Translations under genes and position numbers: made by a program
From: an uncultured delta proteobacterium
Lineage (GTDB): Bacteria; Myxococcota; Kuafuiibacteriia; Kuafuiibacteriales; Kuafuiibacteriaceae
Reading direction: 5' to 3'
Assembly: GCA_963803435.1 (NCBI GenBank)
Contig: CAWDML010000001.1
Coordinates: 512,001-576,000 of the forward strand
Length of the DNA stretch: 64,000 bases
In this document: piece by piece, positions 48,822 through 58,147 of the stretch
Layout: each line of letters opens with the position of its first letter
Position numbering within the stretch: the first letter of the stretch is position 1
Notes under the pieces: model-generated
What the model saw: the letters and a program-made list of their open reading frames with translations, nothing else
The model's database searches: none
What the model was told of the DNA's origin: nothing

Positions 48822-50281
48822 CGCCGGCTTTCCTTCTTGATCCGGATCCACTCCAGAAACTGCTTCATCACCCGGTTGAACAGCTCGGGCCCCAGGAGCT
48901 CGTCCTCACAGCCGACCTCGAGGTTCGGGTTGTCGTTCACCTCGATGACGGAGGGGCGGCCGTCGATCTCCTTCATGTCCACGCCGTACAACCCCCGCCC
49001 GATCAGCTGTGTGGCTCGGAGCGCGGTGTCGAGCACTCCGGGCGGCACCTCCGAGAAATCGACGGCTTTGTGGCCGCCGAACTCCTCGACCTTGCTCCCG
49101 TAGTTGTAGACCTGCCAGTGGCCCTTCGCCATGTAGTACTTGCAGGCGAACAACGGCTTGCCGCCCAGCACACCGATCCGCCAGTCGAAGTCGGTCGGCA
49201 CGAACTCTTGGGTCAGAATCAGCTCGGAGGACTCGAGCATGCGTCGCGCTTCGCGTTCGAAGGAGACCTTGTCGTTCACCCGGATCACACCCTTCGAGAA
49301 CGCACCATCGGGGGTCTTCAGAATGCTCGGGTACTCGACGCTTCCCGAGGCCTGCTCCAGCGAGCCCTTGTCGAAGATCGTCGTCTTCGGGTGAGGGAGG
49401 CCGTGGCGTTGAAGCAGCTCGGCGAGGAACACCTTGTTGGTGCACCGCAGGATCGAGTCGGGATCGTCGATCACCACCAGGCCCTCGGCGGCGGCGCGCC
49501 GGGCGAATCGATACGTGTGGTGATCGACCGCCGTCGTCTCGCGGATGAAGAGCGCGTCGTACTCACCGAGCCGGCCGAAGTCGTCCTTCTCGATGAAGTC
49601 GACGGACAGACCGATCGCCTCGCCGGCCTTGACGAAGCGCGCCAGCGCCTGCGCGTTCGAGGGTGGGCTCTCCTCCTTGGGATTGACGAGGATCGCGACG
49701 TCGTACGCGTGTCGATCGACGCGGGCCCGCGGCGCGCCCTTCGAGAAGAAGCGCGCCACCATCTCGGAGACGATCGTGCGATCCGCGGGAGAGAGCTCGG
49801 ACGGCGGGATGGGGGCGGCGCTGTGGAGGCGCCATTGATCCTTCTTCTTGCGGAAGGTCGCGCGTAACAGCGGCACCTGGAAGTGGCCGAACAGCGCCCG
49901 ACCGAGACGGGCGAAGCGCTCGTCGTGCGTGCGGCCGAAGAAGCTCTCCACCACGAAGCGATCGATCCGCAGCGACTCGAACGCCTTCTTCGCGATCGAC
50001 TCCACGTCCTCGCCCACCAGCCGGAGCGTGGCGCGGCTCTTCAGATCCGTGATCGCCGAGACCGACGGGATGACCTTGTGCCCGCGCGCCGACGCCAGGA
50101 GCGACGCGTAGTAGCCGACGCTCTGGTACTGGTAGCCGCGATCGAGGTTCACCACCTTCGCCGGCGGTCCGGACGCGTAGGAGGGGTCCGTGAGGTACTT
50201 CTTGGTCGAGACGATCTCGACGTGCCCGTTGATCGGGGGCCACTCTTCAGGTCGGTGGACCAGGAGGAGATGTCGCATCAT
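48818..50281 (-). CDS. RimK-family ATP-grasp ligase with N-terminal RLAN domain
   Basis: YQYQSVGYYASLLASARGHKVIP, LFIRET, CTNK, KTPDGAFS, QEFVPTDFDWR, IEVNDNP. Confidence 0.88.
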   Translation of the reverse strand: MMRHLLLVHRPEEWPPINGHVEIVSTKKYLTDPSYASGPPAKVVNLDRGYQYQSVGYYASLLASARGHKVIPSVSAITDLKSRATLRLVGEDVESIAKKAFESLRIDRFVVESFFGRTHDERFARLGRALFGHFQVPLLRATFRKKKDQWRLHSAAPIPPSELSPADRTIVSEMVARFFSKGAPRARVDRHAYDVAILVNPKEESPPSNAQALARFVKAGEAIGLSVDFIEKDDFGRLGEYDALFIRETTAVDHHTYRFARRAAAEGLVVIDDPDSILRCTNKVFLAELLQRHGLPHPKTTIFDKGSLEQASGSVEYPSILKTPDGAFSKGVIRVNDKVSFEREARRMLESSELILTQEFVPTDFDWRIGVLGGKPLFACKYYMAKGHWQVYNYGSKVEEFGGHKAVDFSEVPPGVLDTALRATQLIGRGLYGVDMKEIDGRPSVIEVNDNPNLEVGCEDELLGPELFNRVMKQFLEWIRIKKESRR

Positions 50282-50982
50282 GTTCTCCGAGGGGGAGAGA
50301 CGACGAGAAGGTTGGCATCGAGGGTCGCGATGCCGAGACATATCGCGCCGATCAAACGATCCAGAGAGACGTGGTACACCCGGTCCTTGGAGACCGGGTT
50401 GGGTTCTAGCGGGTCCGAGATCAACACGCTTCGCTCAGTCGAGTCGTAGCCGGAGACGATCACGAAGTGGCCGACGGGCTCACCGCCGACGTCATCGTGT
50501 TGGTTCGTCCTGGGGTCCTCTCTCGCTATCCCATAGAGATAGGTGGCGGAGAGTCCCGTCAAGATCGGAATGCCCTGTTCGAGGGGTCCGCGGAGCGTTT
50601 CCTCGCCCAGCGGTGTGTAGCGAATTCGCCCTCCCGCACCCAGGTACTCCAGATAGGCCGGCGTCGCCTCCGTCAGTCTGGGATCGCTCTTCATCCGCCG
50701 TTGGGCCTCCAGCTTGGCCGCAAGGTCCGCACCTTCGAGGAACCACGTCGGATCGAAGGTCCGGAGATTGAGCGTGAAGAGCGTGGTGTCATAGCCGCGA
50801 CGGCGGGCGTGGGAGGCCAGATGGACACCGAGGGTACCGCCCCCCGTGAGCCGCGGAACCTCCGCGATCACGTCGTCGAGCGGCACGGGGTCGCCGAAGA
50901 AGCGATAGACCGCCGCCAGACAGGTCGCGCCGCAGGTCTCCTCGGTGGGCTGCGGCGACACCTCGATCGGAAGGGTCACCAT
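50278..50982 (-). CDS. Peptidase C39-like (papain fold) protein
   Basis: QPTEETCGATCL, GHFVIVSGYD, ISDP give a Cys-His-Asp triad; ATGA overlap with the RimK gene. Confidence 0.82.
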   Translation of the reverse strand: MVTLPIEVSPQPTEETCGATCLAAVYRFFGDPVPLDDVIAEVPRLTGGGTLGVHLASHARRRGYDTTLFTLNLRTFDPTWFLEGADLAAKLEAQRRMKSDPRLTEATPAYLEYLGAGGRIRYTPLGEETLRGPLEQGIPILTGLSATYLYGIAREDPRTNQHDDVGGEPVGHFVIVSGYDSTERSVLISDPLEPNPVSKDRVYHVSLDRLIGAICLGIATLDANLLVVSPPRRT

Positions 50983-51049
50983 GCGGCAGAAAGGTGCACG
51001 CCCGCGGTCGCGGATCAAGCGCTACGCGAAAACGCCTCGCAGCGAGACC

Positions 51050-52060
51050 TCAGGGGGCGTCATGGTCGGTGCGCAGGACCTCCTGGAACGCGTCGGCCAT
51101 CCGCTCCCACGATTTGCGCACGGCGAGGGACTGCTCGACGTGGAGGAAGCGGCCCGCCGACTTCGTGGCGGTGTCGGTGCAGGCGTCCAGCAGGATCCCG
51201 TTGACGAAGCGGCCCTGCACGTTGGTGGTTCCGCACAGGCGCTGATCGACCTTCGCGCCCGGATAGGCGTTGCAGGTCGTGATGTGCTCGTCGGGGAACA
51301 CGACCCGGAGCGCGCTGGCAAAGCGCGCCACCACGGCGCCGTCGGTCGTGGGCAGCGTGGTGCCGTCAGAGATGCTGATCCCGCCCTTGCCCATGCCGTG
51401 GAGCGAGACGACCAGATCATCGGGGAAGGCATCCGCGAAGAATCGGTGCAGACCGTTGAACACGCTGCCGAGCGAGTGCGCCATGTCCGATTCGGTCGGG
51501 CCCTCACCGTGACCGCAGATCCCGGTCGAGCCGTCGCAACCGGACTCGAGCGAGCTGGCACATCGATGCGTGGTCGCGATGATCAACGCCCGCGCGCGCA
51601 CCGCCTTGAAGAGCTCGAGGCCCTGCCGCTCGGTGAACAGATCGTAGCGCGGGTGCGGCGCCTCCACGATCAACCGTCGCGCGTTCGGATCGGCGCGCCA
51701 GACGAAGACCGCATGGCCGCTGTTGGGGATCGCGGGGACGCCGAGGACCAGGCCCTCCTCGTCCTCGGTGCCGCGGCACAACCAGTAGCCACCGATGAGG
51801 GCGTCATGGAAGGCGCGCTCCGCGTCGCCGGCGAGCATGCGCTCGAGCGCCCGTCGGACATGCCGCACGGTGGACTCATCGGGGGCCGCGTACGAGTCGG
51901 AGTCGGCCTGGGGCCCCAGCTTGACGGCGCCCCGCACGGTCTCCGCGATCGAGCGCCGGCAGTAGGGGATGGCGAGCAGGTCGGGGGCCTCCGCCAGGGC
52001 GGGTCCGGCCGAACCGACCGCGAGCAATGCGACCCATGACACCAGCACCAGGTACCTCAT
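51050..52060 (-). CDS. Secreted Zn-hydrolase-fold protein, candidate poly-gamma-glutamate hydrolase
   Basis: Signal peptide; VEAPHP..D, SDMAH, VSLHG and FLHVEQ resemble PghP/N-formylglutamate amidohydrolase motifs. Confidence 0.5.
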   Translation of the reverse strand: MRYLVLVSWVALLAVGSAGPALAEAPDLLAIPYCRRSIAETVRGAVKLGPQADSDSYAAPDESTVRHVRRALERMLAGDAERAFHDALIGGYWLCRGTEDEEGLVLGVPAIPNSGHAVFVWRADPNARRLIVEAPHPRYDLFTERQGLELFKAVRARALIIATTHRCASSLESGCDGSTGICGHGEGPTESDMAHSLGSVFNGLHRFFADAFPDDLVVSLHGMGKGGISISDGTTLPTTDGAVVARFASALRVVFPDEHITTCNAYPGAKVDQRLCGTTNVQGRFVNGILLDACTDTATKSAGRFLHVEQSLAVRKSWERMADAFQEVLRTDHDAP

Positions 52061-52064
52061 CGGC

Positions 52065-53540
52065 CTACGTCAGGATCTCTTGAGCGAGACGCGGATCCGG
52101 ATTGATCGTACTGAAGAATCGCGGTCGAAAGCGACCCTTGCGGGTAAGCAGCGCATCGGCCATGCGATCGATCGCACGGACGGCCAGCGTGGTCTGAACG
52201 TAGGCCTCGATCAGGTCGTCGAGACCGATGCCCAACCGATTGAAGTCGCGGCTGTCCATCAGGAGCAGCCGGTCGGTCTCCGTCTCCCACGAGTGCTCTC
52301 CGGTTCGGACCGAGAGGTTGGTGCCCAGCATGTCCCAGGAGGGGACCTCGGGCTCGAGCCTCGCCGCCAGCGGTACACGAGCTCGGCGCGCGTAGATCGC
52401 CACCGGAAACACGCCCTCGTCGCCCGCACCGATCATGAAGCGAAGATCGAACACGTAGAGCTGCGACCTTTTGTCCGGCACGGTGCCGACGTGATAGAGG
52501 CTGCCCTGAGCGCTGCGCGAGCTCCATCCGCTGTTCCCAATCAACGCTTGTACCACGAACCGGTCGTAGCGATGCTCCGCGCTCATGAAGGATGCGAGCT
52601 CACCCGGGTTCGCGATCGTGAAGACACCCTGCCCCGCGTTGCTGTACGGGACCTTCACCACCGCGACGCCCCCCATCCGCTGCACCCACAGTGGCACCTC
52701 ATCGATGGGGACGTCCCAGATCGTATCCGGGGTGCGAATCTGGAGCCCGACGCTGCGCAAGTCCGCGTTGTAGAGATCGTAGGCCTTGGCGGCGAGGAGC
52801 TTGTTGCGTCCGCCCGCGAGACACACGAGCACCGGGTTGAAGAGCTCCGTCCTCGTCACCGGCGGGATGCGTCCCCACGGGCGCTGCGTCACGTAGCGGA
52901 GCGCGCCGCGGATCGGTTGCCACTCGCCGCCGACGCGGATCTCGAGCGTGCCGTCCTCGGTGAAGCGGTGGAGAGGATCCGGCACACCCTCGAAGCACGG
53001 CACCAAGTGGACGACCTCGCCGGTCAGGTCGGCGAGCACCGCCGCGTACCCCGAGGCCTCCATCTTGTTCTTGTCGTAAAGGACGGCGAGGCCGCCCGGC
53101 GGCAGGCTCCGGCGCTTGAGGCGGGGGAGAAACGCCCGCTCGAGGAGTGTGGCGTAACCGGCCTGTTGGCCCTCTTCGTGGACGAACGGCATCGACTTCT
53201 GCCCCGACGGGCAGGAGTTCGTCTCGATCACCACCATGCGGCGGGCACCGTCCTCGGTGGTGGCGTTGAACAGGTCGGCACCGCCCCAGCGGAAGTGCTT
53301 GGGCGCTTCACGGAGCACGTCGCGAATCCCGTGCGGGGTGACCTCGGGATGAAGATGGCAGAAGCGCTCGGCGATGCGCTCGTTCCCGAGGCCCATGAAA
53401 TAGCGCACCAGCGGGTGAATCTGGGCGTTCAGCACCCGGGGGTAGTAGTGGCGCTCGACCTCGAATCGGCCGCGCTCGTAGGGGACCGGCTCCGTCGTGG
53501 GCAGGCTCGCCGAGCGGGGTGCGGGGTCAGGCTGCGTCAC
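52065..53540 (-). CDS. Uncharacterised ATP-grasp-like ligase
   Basis: GTG with GGAGAGG RBS; [37 protein letters not shown]. Confidence 0.65.
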   Translation of the reverse strand: MTQPDPAPRSASLPTTEPVPYERGRFEVERHYYPRVLNAQIHPLVRYFMGLGNERIAERFCHLHPEVTPHGIRDVLREAPKHFRWGGADLFNATTEDGARRMVVIETNSCPSGQKSMPFVHEEGQQAGYATLLERAFLPRLKRRSLPPGGLAVLYDKNKMEASGYAAVLADLTGEVVHLVPCFEGVPDPLHRFTEDGTLEIRVGGEWQPIRGALRYVTQRPWGRIPPVTRTELFNPVLVCLAGGRNKLLAAKAYDLYNADLRSVGLQIRTPDTIWDVPIDEVPLWVQRMGGVAVVKVPYSNAGQGVFTIANPGELASFMSAEHRYDRFVVQALIGNSGWSSRSAQGSLYHVGTVPDKRSQLYVFDLRFMIGAGDEGVFPVAIYARRARVPLAARLEPEVPSWDMLGTNLSVRTGEHSWETETDRLLLMDSRDFNRLGIGLDDLIEAYVQTTLAVRAIDRMADALLTRKGRFRPRFFSTINPDPRLAQEILT

Positions 53541-53643
53541 GCATGCACCTCTCCGTGCTTGAAAATCGCTCCCCGAAAGGTCGATGCTTCGCGCCCGTGA
53601 CGCCCACGTCCCCCTCCCCTTCCTCGCGCCGAGAGTACACGAG

Positions 53644-54843
53644 ATGAGTGCCCTCGCCATCATCGGCGGTACCACGGCGGCTCTGGCCGGGCTGGGCATC
53701 TTCGAAGGCCTGCAGCATCGCAAGCACCTGTCGAAGCTGAAGACTCGCATTCACGTCAACGGCACGCGCGGCAAGAGCAGTGTCACGCGTCTGATCGGGG
53801 CAGGCCTGCGCGAGGGCGGGATCGTCACCTGCGCCAAGACCACCGGAACGCTGGCGCGGATGATCCTCCCCAACGGCCGCGAGTACCCGGTCTATCGACC
53901 TTCCCACGCGAACGTCATCGAGCAGCTCCGCATCGTCCGCGTCGCAGTGGAGGTCGGCGCGGAGGCGCTGGTGATCGAGTGCATGGCGGTGCAACCCAGC
54001 TTGCAAGCGCTTTGCGAGCAAAAGTTCGTCCGGGCCACGCACGGCGTCATCACCAACGCCCGTCCCGATCACCTGGACGTGATGGGTCCGAGCGACAAGG
54101 ACGTCGCGCTGGCGCTGGCCGCCACCACGCCCGTCGCAGGTGTCCTCTACACGGCGGAGCAGCGCCACCTCGACGTCTTCGCGAACGCCGCCAGGGACCG
54201 GCGGACGGCGCTGATCCCGGTCGGTCTCGACGCGGTCGACGAGGTCACGCCCGATGAGCTCCGCAACTTCAGCTACATCGAGCACGCCGAGAATGTGGCG
54301 CTGGCCCTCAAGGTCTGCGAAGACCTCGGGGTGTCCCGGGAGACGGCGCTGGCCGGCATGTGGAAGGGGAAGCCGGATCCGGGCGTGCTCGCCGCCTACG
54401 AGCTGAGCTTCTTCGGGCGCCGGATCATCTTCGTCAATGCGTTCGCCGCGAACGATCCGGAGTCGACGGAGACGATCGTCCGCATGGTCACCAAGCGCTT
54501 CTCGGACGTGGAGCGCACCGTCATGCTGGTGAACTGCCGCGCCGATCGACCGGATCGATCGCGTCAGCTCGGCGAGACCTGCCTCGACTGGGGCGAGACC
54601 GACCACTACCTCTTGATCGGGACCGGCACGTTCATCTTCGCCCGGGCCGCCATGGAGCGCGGCATCGATCCCGGACGCGTCACCTACGCCGAGGACATGC
54701 GGATCGAGGAGATCTTCGAGCTGGTCGTCGACGTCGCCGGAGAGAGCGCGCTCATCATCGGCGTGGCCAACATCGGCGGGCAGGGCCTCGACCTGGTCCG
54801 TTACTTCAAGAACCGCAGCACGTTCGTGCGGACGGAGATCTGA
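53644..54843 (+). CDS. pgsB: Poly-gamma-glutamate synthase PgsB (CapB)
   Basis: [52 protein letters not shown]. Confidence 0.93.
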   Translation: MSALAIIGGTTAALAGLGIFEGLQHRKHLSKLKTRIHVNGTRGKSSVTRLIGAGLREGGIVTCAKTTGTLARMILPNGREYPVYRPSHANVIEQLRIVRVAVEVGAEALVIECMAVQPSLQALCEQKFVRATHGVITNARPDHLDVMGPSDKDVALALAATTPVAGVLYTAEQRHLDVFANAARDRRTALIPVGLDAVDEVTPDELRNFSYIEHAENVALALKVCEDLGVSRETALAGMWKGKPDPGVLAAYELSFFGRRIIFVNAFAANDPESTETIVRMVTKRFSDVERTVMLVNCRADRPDRSRQLGETCLDWGETDHYLLIGTGTFIFARAAMERGIDPGRVTYAEDMRIEEIFELVVDVAGESALIIGVANIGGQGLDLVRYFKNRSTFVRTEI

Positions 54844-54848
54844 ATCGG

Positions 54849-55301
54849 ATGGAATCCTTACCCGTCGCCATCGGCATCGGGCTCGCGGTCAGCCTGCTCT
54901 TCTCGGAGCTGTTCGGGCTGGCGGCGGGCGGAATGGTCGTGCCCGGCTACATCGCGCTCGCGCTCAGCCACCCGATCGACGTCATCCTGACGCTCGCCAC
55001 CGGCGTGCTCACCTTCGCCATCGTCCACGCGCTCGCGTCGATCGCGATCGTCTATGGCCGGCGGAGAACCGTGCTGATGATCCTGGTGGGATACATCCTC
55101 GGGTCGATCACCCGGGCGTTCGCCAGCGGTCTTCCGCCCGAGATGGGCTCGGGCCAGGCGGTGGTCGGCTACATCATCCCCGGCTTGATCGGCATCTGGA
55201 TCGACCGGCAGGGCGCCGCCGAGACCATCAGCACGCTCCTGACGGCGGCGGTGGTGGTACGATTGGTCCTGCTCCTGGCTCTCGGAGAGGCCGTCCTATG
55301 A
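54849..55301 (+). CDS. pgsC: Poly-gamma-glutamate biosynthesis protein PgsC (CapC)
   Basis: AGGMVVPGYIAL, YGRRR, GYIIPGLI. Confidence 0.92.
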   Translation: MESLPVAIGIGLAVSLLFSELFGLAAGGMVVPGYIALALSHPIDVILTLATGVLTFAIVHALASIAIVYGRRRTVLMILVGYILGSITRAFASGLPPEMGSGQAVVGYIIPGLIGIWIDRQGAAETISTLLTAAVVVRLVLLLALGEAVL

Positions 55302-56443
55302 AGAAGATGTACTGGCGCCCGCGGCGCGTCTCCCGCACGGCCCTCGTGCTGATCTCGGTGTGGTCGGTCGCCGGCTACGCGGCGCTCGAGCGGTTCCCGA
55401 GCAAGGTCCAGGAGCCCTACCACCAGGAGAAGATGGCGGCGGCCCAGCTGGCGCGCGAGGCCTTCGAGGCGATCCGCAAGGAGCGGCTGCGCCGGCGGCT
55501 CCCGATCGACACGGAGAGCGACATCGCGCAGAGCGGCTTGATCGGCACGCTGGTCACCCCGATCACCACCGACACCGGCTCGCTGGTCGCGAAGCAGACG
55601 TCGATCAACCCGAACTTCGCGGCGCTGATCGTCGGCTATCTGAAGTCGATCGACGTCACCGAGGGCGACGCGGTCGCGGTGGGCTACTCCGGCTCGTTCC
55701 CGGCGATCAACATCTCGGTGCTCGCCGCCTGCGAGGTCCTCAAGCTCAAGCCCGTCATCATCGCCAGCGCCTCCTCCTCCCAGTGGGGCGCCAACGAGCC
55801 CGAGTTCCCCTGGCTCGACATGGAGAGGACGCTCTACGATCAGGGCATCATCAGCTCGCGCGCGGTCGCCGCGTCGGTGGGCGGCATCGAGGATCGCGGG
55901 CTCGGCATGACCAAGCGCGGCCGCCGGATCCTCCACCAGAAGATCGCGGAGCACGGGATCCAGCTGATCGATCCCGAAAACTTCGCGGCCAGCGTGGAGC
56001 AGCGCATCCAGATCTACCGGCAGCACGCGGGCGCCGCGCCCATCCGGGCCTACGTCAACGTCGGCGGCGGCACCACCTCCGTGGGACGCAAGGCCGGCAA
56101 GCTGGCGTTTAGGCCCGGCCTCAACCGCAACGCGCCCGGCGTGGCCCTGCCGGAGGACTCGGTCATGGGGCGCTTCATCGACGAGGGCGTGCCGGTGATC
56201 CACATGACGCGGATCGCGCATCTCGCCGACAACTACGGCTTCCCGATCTCCCCCACCAGCACGCCGCTCGTCGGCGAGGGCAAGGTGTTCCACCGCGATC
56301 GGACGAACGTGTGGTTCGCCGGCGGGCTCCTGCTCAGCATCCTGATCGCGCTGTACCTGTTCGTGCGCTCCGACCTCGGCTTCCGGATGACCCGCGTGAC
56401 CCGCCGCGGCGGCGACTCCGCGCATCCCGAGCCGATGGTCTGA
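55298..56443 (+). CDS. pgsW: Poly-gamma-glutamate system protein PgsW
   Basis: GLIG...ITT..GSL.AK.TS.NP, SGSFPA, SSQWGANEP, YVNVGG; ATGA-coupled to pgsC. Confidence 0.82.
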   Translation: MKKMYWRPRRVSRTALVLISVWSVAGYAALERFPSKVQEPYHQEKMAAAQLAREAFEAIRKERLRRRLPIDTESDIAQSGLIGTLVTPITTDTGSLVAKQTSINPNFAALIVGYLKSIDVTEGDAVAVGYSGSFPAINISVLAACEVLKLKPVIIASASSSQWGANEPEFPWLDMERTLYDQGIISSRAVAASVGGIEDRGLGMTKRGRRILHQKIAEHGIQLIDPENFAASVEQRIQIYRQHAGAAPIRAYVNVGGGTTSVGRKAGKLAFRPGLNRNAPGVALPEDSVMGRFIDEGVPVIHMTRIAHLADNYGFPISPTSTPLVGEGKVFHRDRTNVWFAGGLLLSILIALYLFVRSDLGFRMTRVTRRGGDSAHPEPMV

Positions 56444-56545
56444 GTCGGAACGGATAGACGAGCCCGCCGCGCAGCGGGTGAAGGGCGGCGGTCGGTGGGG
56501 GACGCACACCTTGACCCGAAGTCCGGTTCGACCGACCAACCAAGG

Positions 56546-58147
56546 GTGACGCCGGCGTTCGCGCTCGTCCTCGCGACCACCGCGACCACCGCGACCGCCA
56601 CCTCTGCACCGGAGTTCATCAAGGGCGACCTGACCTACGTGGGCACGCGCGAGCTCGTCTCGCGGTACGACCACGTGAGCGTCCGCATCGGCCCCCAGAT
56701 CATCGACAAGGAGATCTTCCTCTCGGTCGCGCCCGGCGCGGCCTTCTACCCGGGGAGCTGGGCGGTGGGGGTCCACGTGCCGCTGAACCTCCTCCTCCTC
56801 GAGGCCGGCACCAACCAGTTCGGCAAGCTCAAGCTGCGCCGCGAGGACTGGGACGAGCCCTCCGACTACGCGAAGATCATCCGCTTCATCAGCTACGGCC
56901 GGAAAGAGGATCCGCTGTACTTCACCATCACCTCATTGCGCCCGTACACGCTCGGTCACGGTGAGCTGATCCATCACTACCAGCCGAACATCGACATCGA
57001 TCGCTCGCTGACCGGCGGCGTGTTCGAGGGCTACACGGCGTGGGGCGGCGTCCAGCTCGAGCTCAACGACATCACCTTCAAGGGGCGCGTGCTGGGCGCG
57101 CTCGCGTTCGTGAAGCCGCTGTTCTTCCTCGACAACCCGATCCTGCAGACGCTCTCCTTCGGCGCCGAGTACGCCGGCGATCTGGCCGCGCCGCGCTGCG
57201 TGCAGGTCTCGGAGAAGGATCGTCGGTGCGTGCCCGGATCGGGCAACCAACCCGGCTTCGATCCGCTGACCGGTCAGAGCCGCGACGACACCTTCGTCCG
57301 GACCGACCCGGACCTCGGCCGTCCGGTCGTCGAGGAGACGGCGATCCACGCGATCGGCTTCTCGGGCGAGATCAAGGTGCTGAAGACGGAGCCGTCGGAC
57401 CTGAAGGTCTACGCCACCTGGCACGGCTTCATCCACGGCGGCGACGGGCTGGCGCTGGGCGCGCTGGGCCGGTTCAACCTGGGCGAGGAGACCATCCACG
57501 CCTTCCGCGCGCGGGCCGAGCTTCGGACCTTCGGCCGCCGCTTCCAGCCCGACTACTTCGACACGCTGTACGAGGTGACCAAGTATCAGATGATCCAGTC
57601 GAAGCCGCGCTTCCAGATCGCACCGACGCGCTACCAGTGGGTCTTCGGCGACGAGGAGAACGGCTTCGCGCCCTCGAGCGAGGGACGGAGCTGGGGCTAC
57701 AACCTCGAGCTCTCCTGGGGCATGTTCGCCGGCTCCCGCGGCAAGAAGCAGATCGCCGCCGCCATCGGGCTCTCCGAGTCCACGCGCGACCTGGACACGA
57801 ACTTCTACCTCCACCTCGAGGTGCCGATCGTGAAGTTCATCCAGCTCTTCGGCAGCTTCATCCGCGTGAACGCCTCCAACCTGGGCGATGTCTTCGCGGG
57901 CTCGCCCGAGAACGTGGTGGTGCTGTCGGGGCTGCGGATCCAGATCTTCCCGTTCCTGTTCGCGAACGCCAGCTACACCCGCACGTATCGGATCGTGCGG
58001 AGCCCGGGCCGCGAGTTCCACCTGGGCAACGACAACATCGTCGACGAGCGCGGCCAGCCTTCGAGCCTGTTCACGAACGATCGCATCTTCGAGAACATCG
58101 ACACCCTCTACGTCGACCTGGAGCTGGGATGGGAGTTCCGGGAGTGA
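56546..58147 (+). CDS. Probable outer-membrane beta-barrel protein (hypothetical)
   Basis: Signal-like N-terminus, alternating beta strands, REDWDE..DY...IR.I.YG, C-terminal LELGWEF. Confidence 0.55.
   Translation: MTPAFALVLATTATTATATSAPEFIKGDLTYVGTRELVSRYDHVSVRIGPQIIDKEIFLSVAPGAAFYPGSWAVGVHVPLNLLLLEAGTNQFGKLKLRREDWDEPSDYAKIIRFISYGRKEDPLYFTITSLRPYTLGHGELIHHYQPNIDIDRSLTGGVFEGYTAWGGVQLELNDITFKGRVLGALAFVKPLFFLDNPILQTLSFGAEYAGDLAAPRCVQVSEKDRRCVPGSGNQPGFDPLTGQSRDDTFVRTDPDLGRPVVEETAIHAIGFSGEIKVLKTEPSDLKVYATWHGFIHGGDGLALGALGRFNLGEETIHAFRARAELRTFGRRFQPDYFDTLYEVTKYQMIQSKPRFQIAPTRYQWVFGDEENGFAPSSEGRSWGYNLELSWGMFAGSRGKKQIAAAIGLSESTRDLDTNFYLHLEVPIVKFIQLFGSFIRVNASNLGDVFAGSPENVVVLSGLRIQIFPFLFANASYTRTYRIVRSPGREFHLGNDNIVDERGQPSSLFTNDRIFENIDTLYVDLELGWEFRE

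Noticed and set aside
56572-56602. GCGACCACC-type short repeat
   Set aside because: Encodes a low-complexity Ala/Thr linker after the signal peptide; in frame, with no sign of phase variation.
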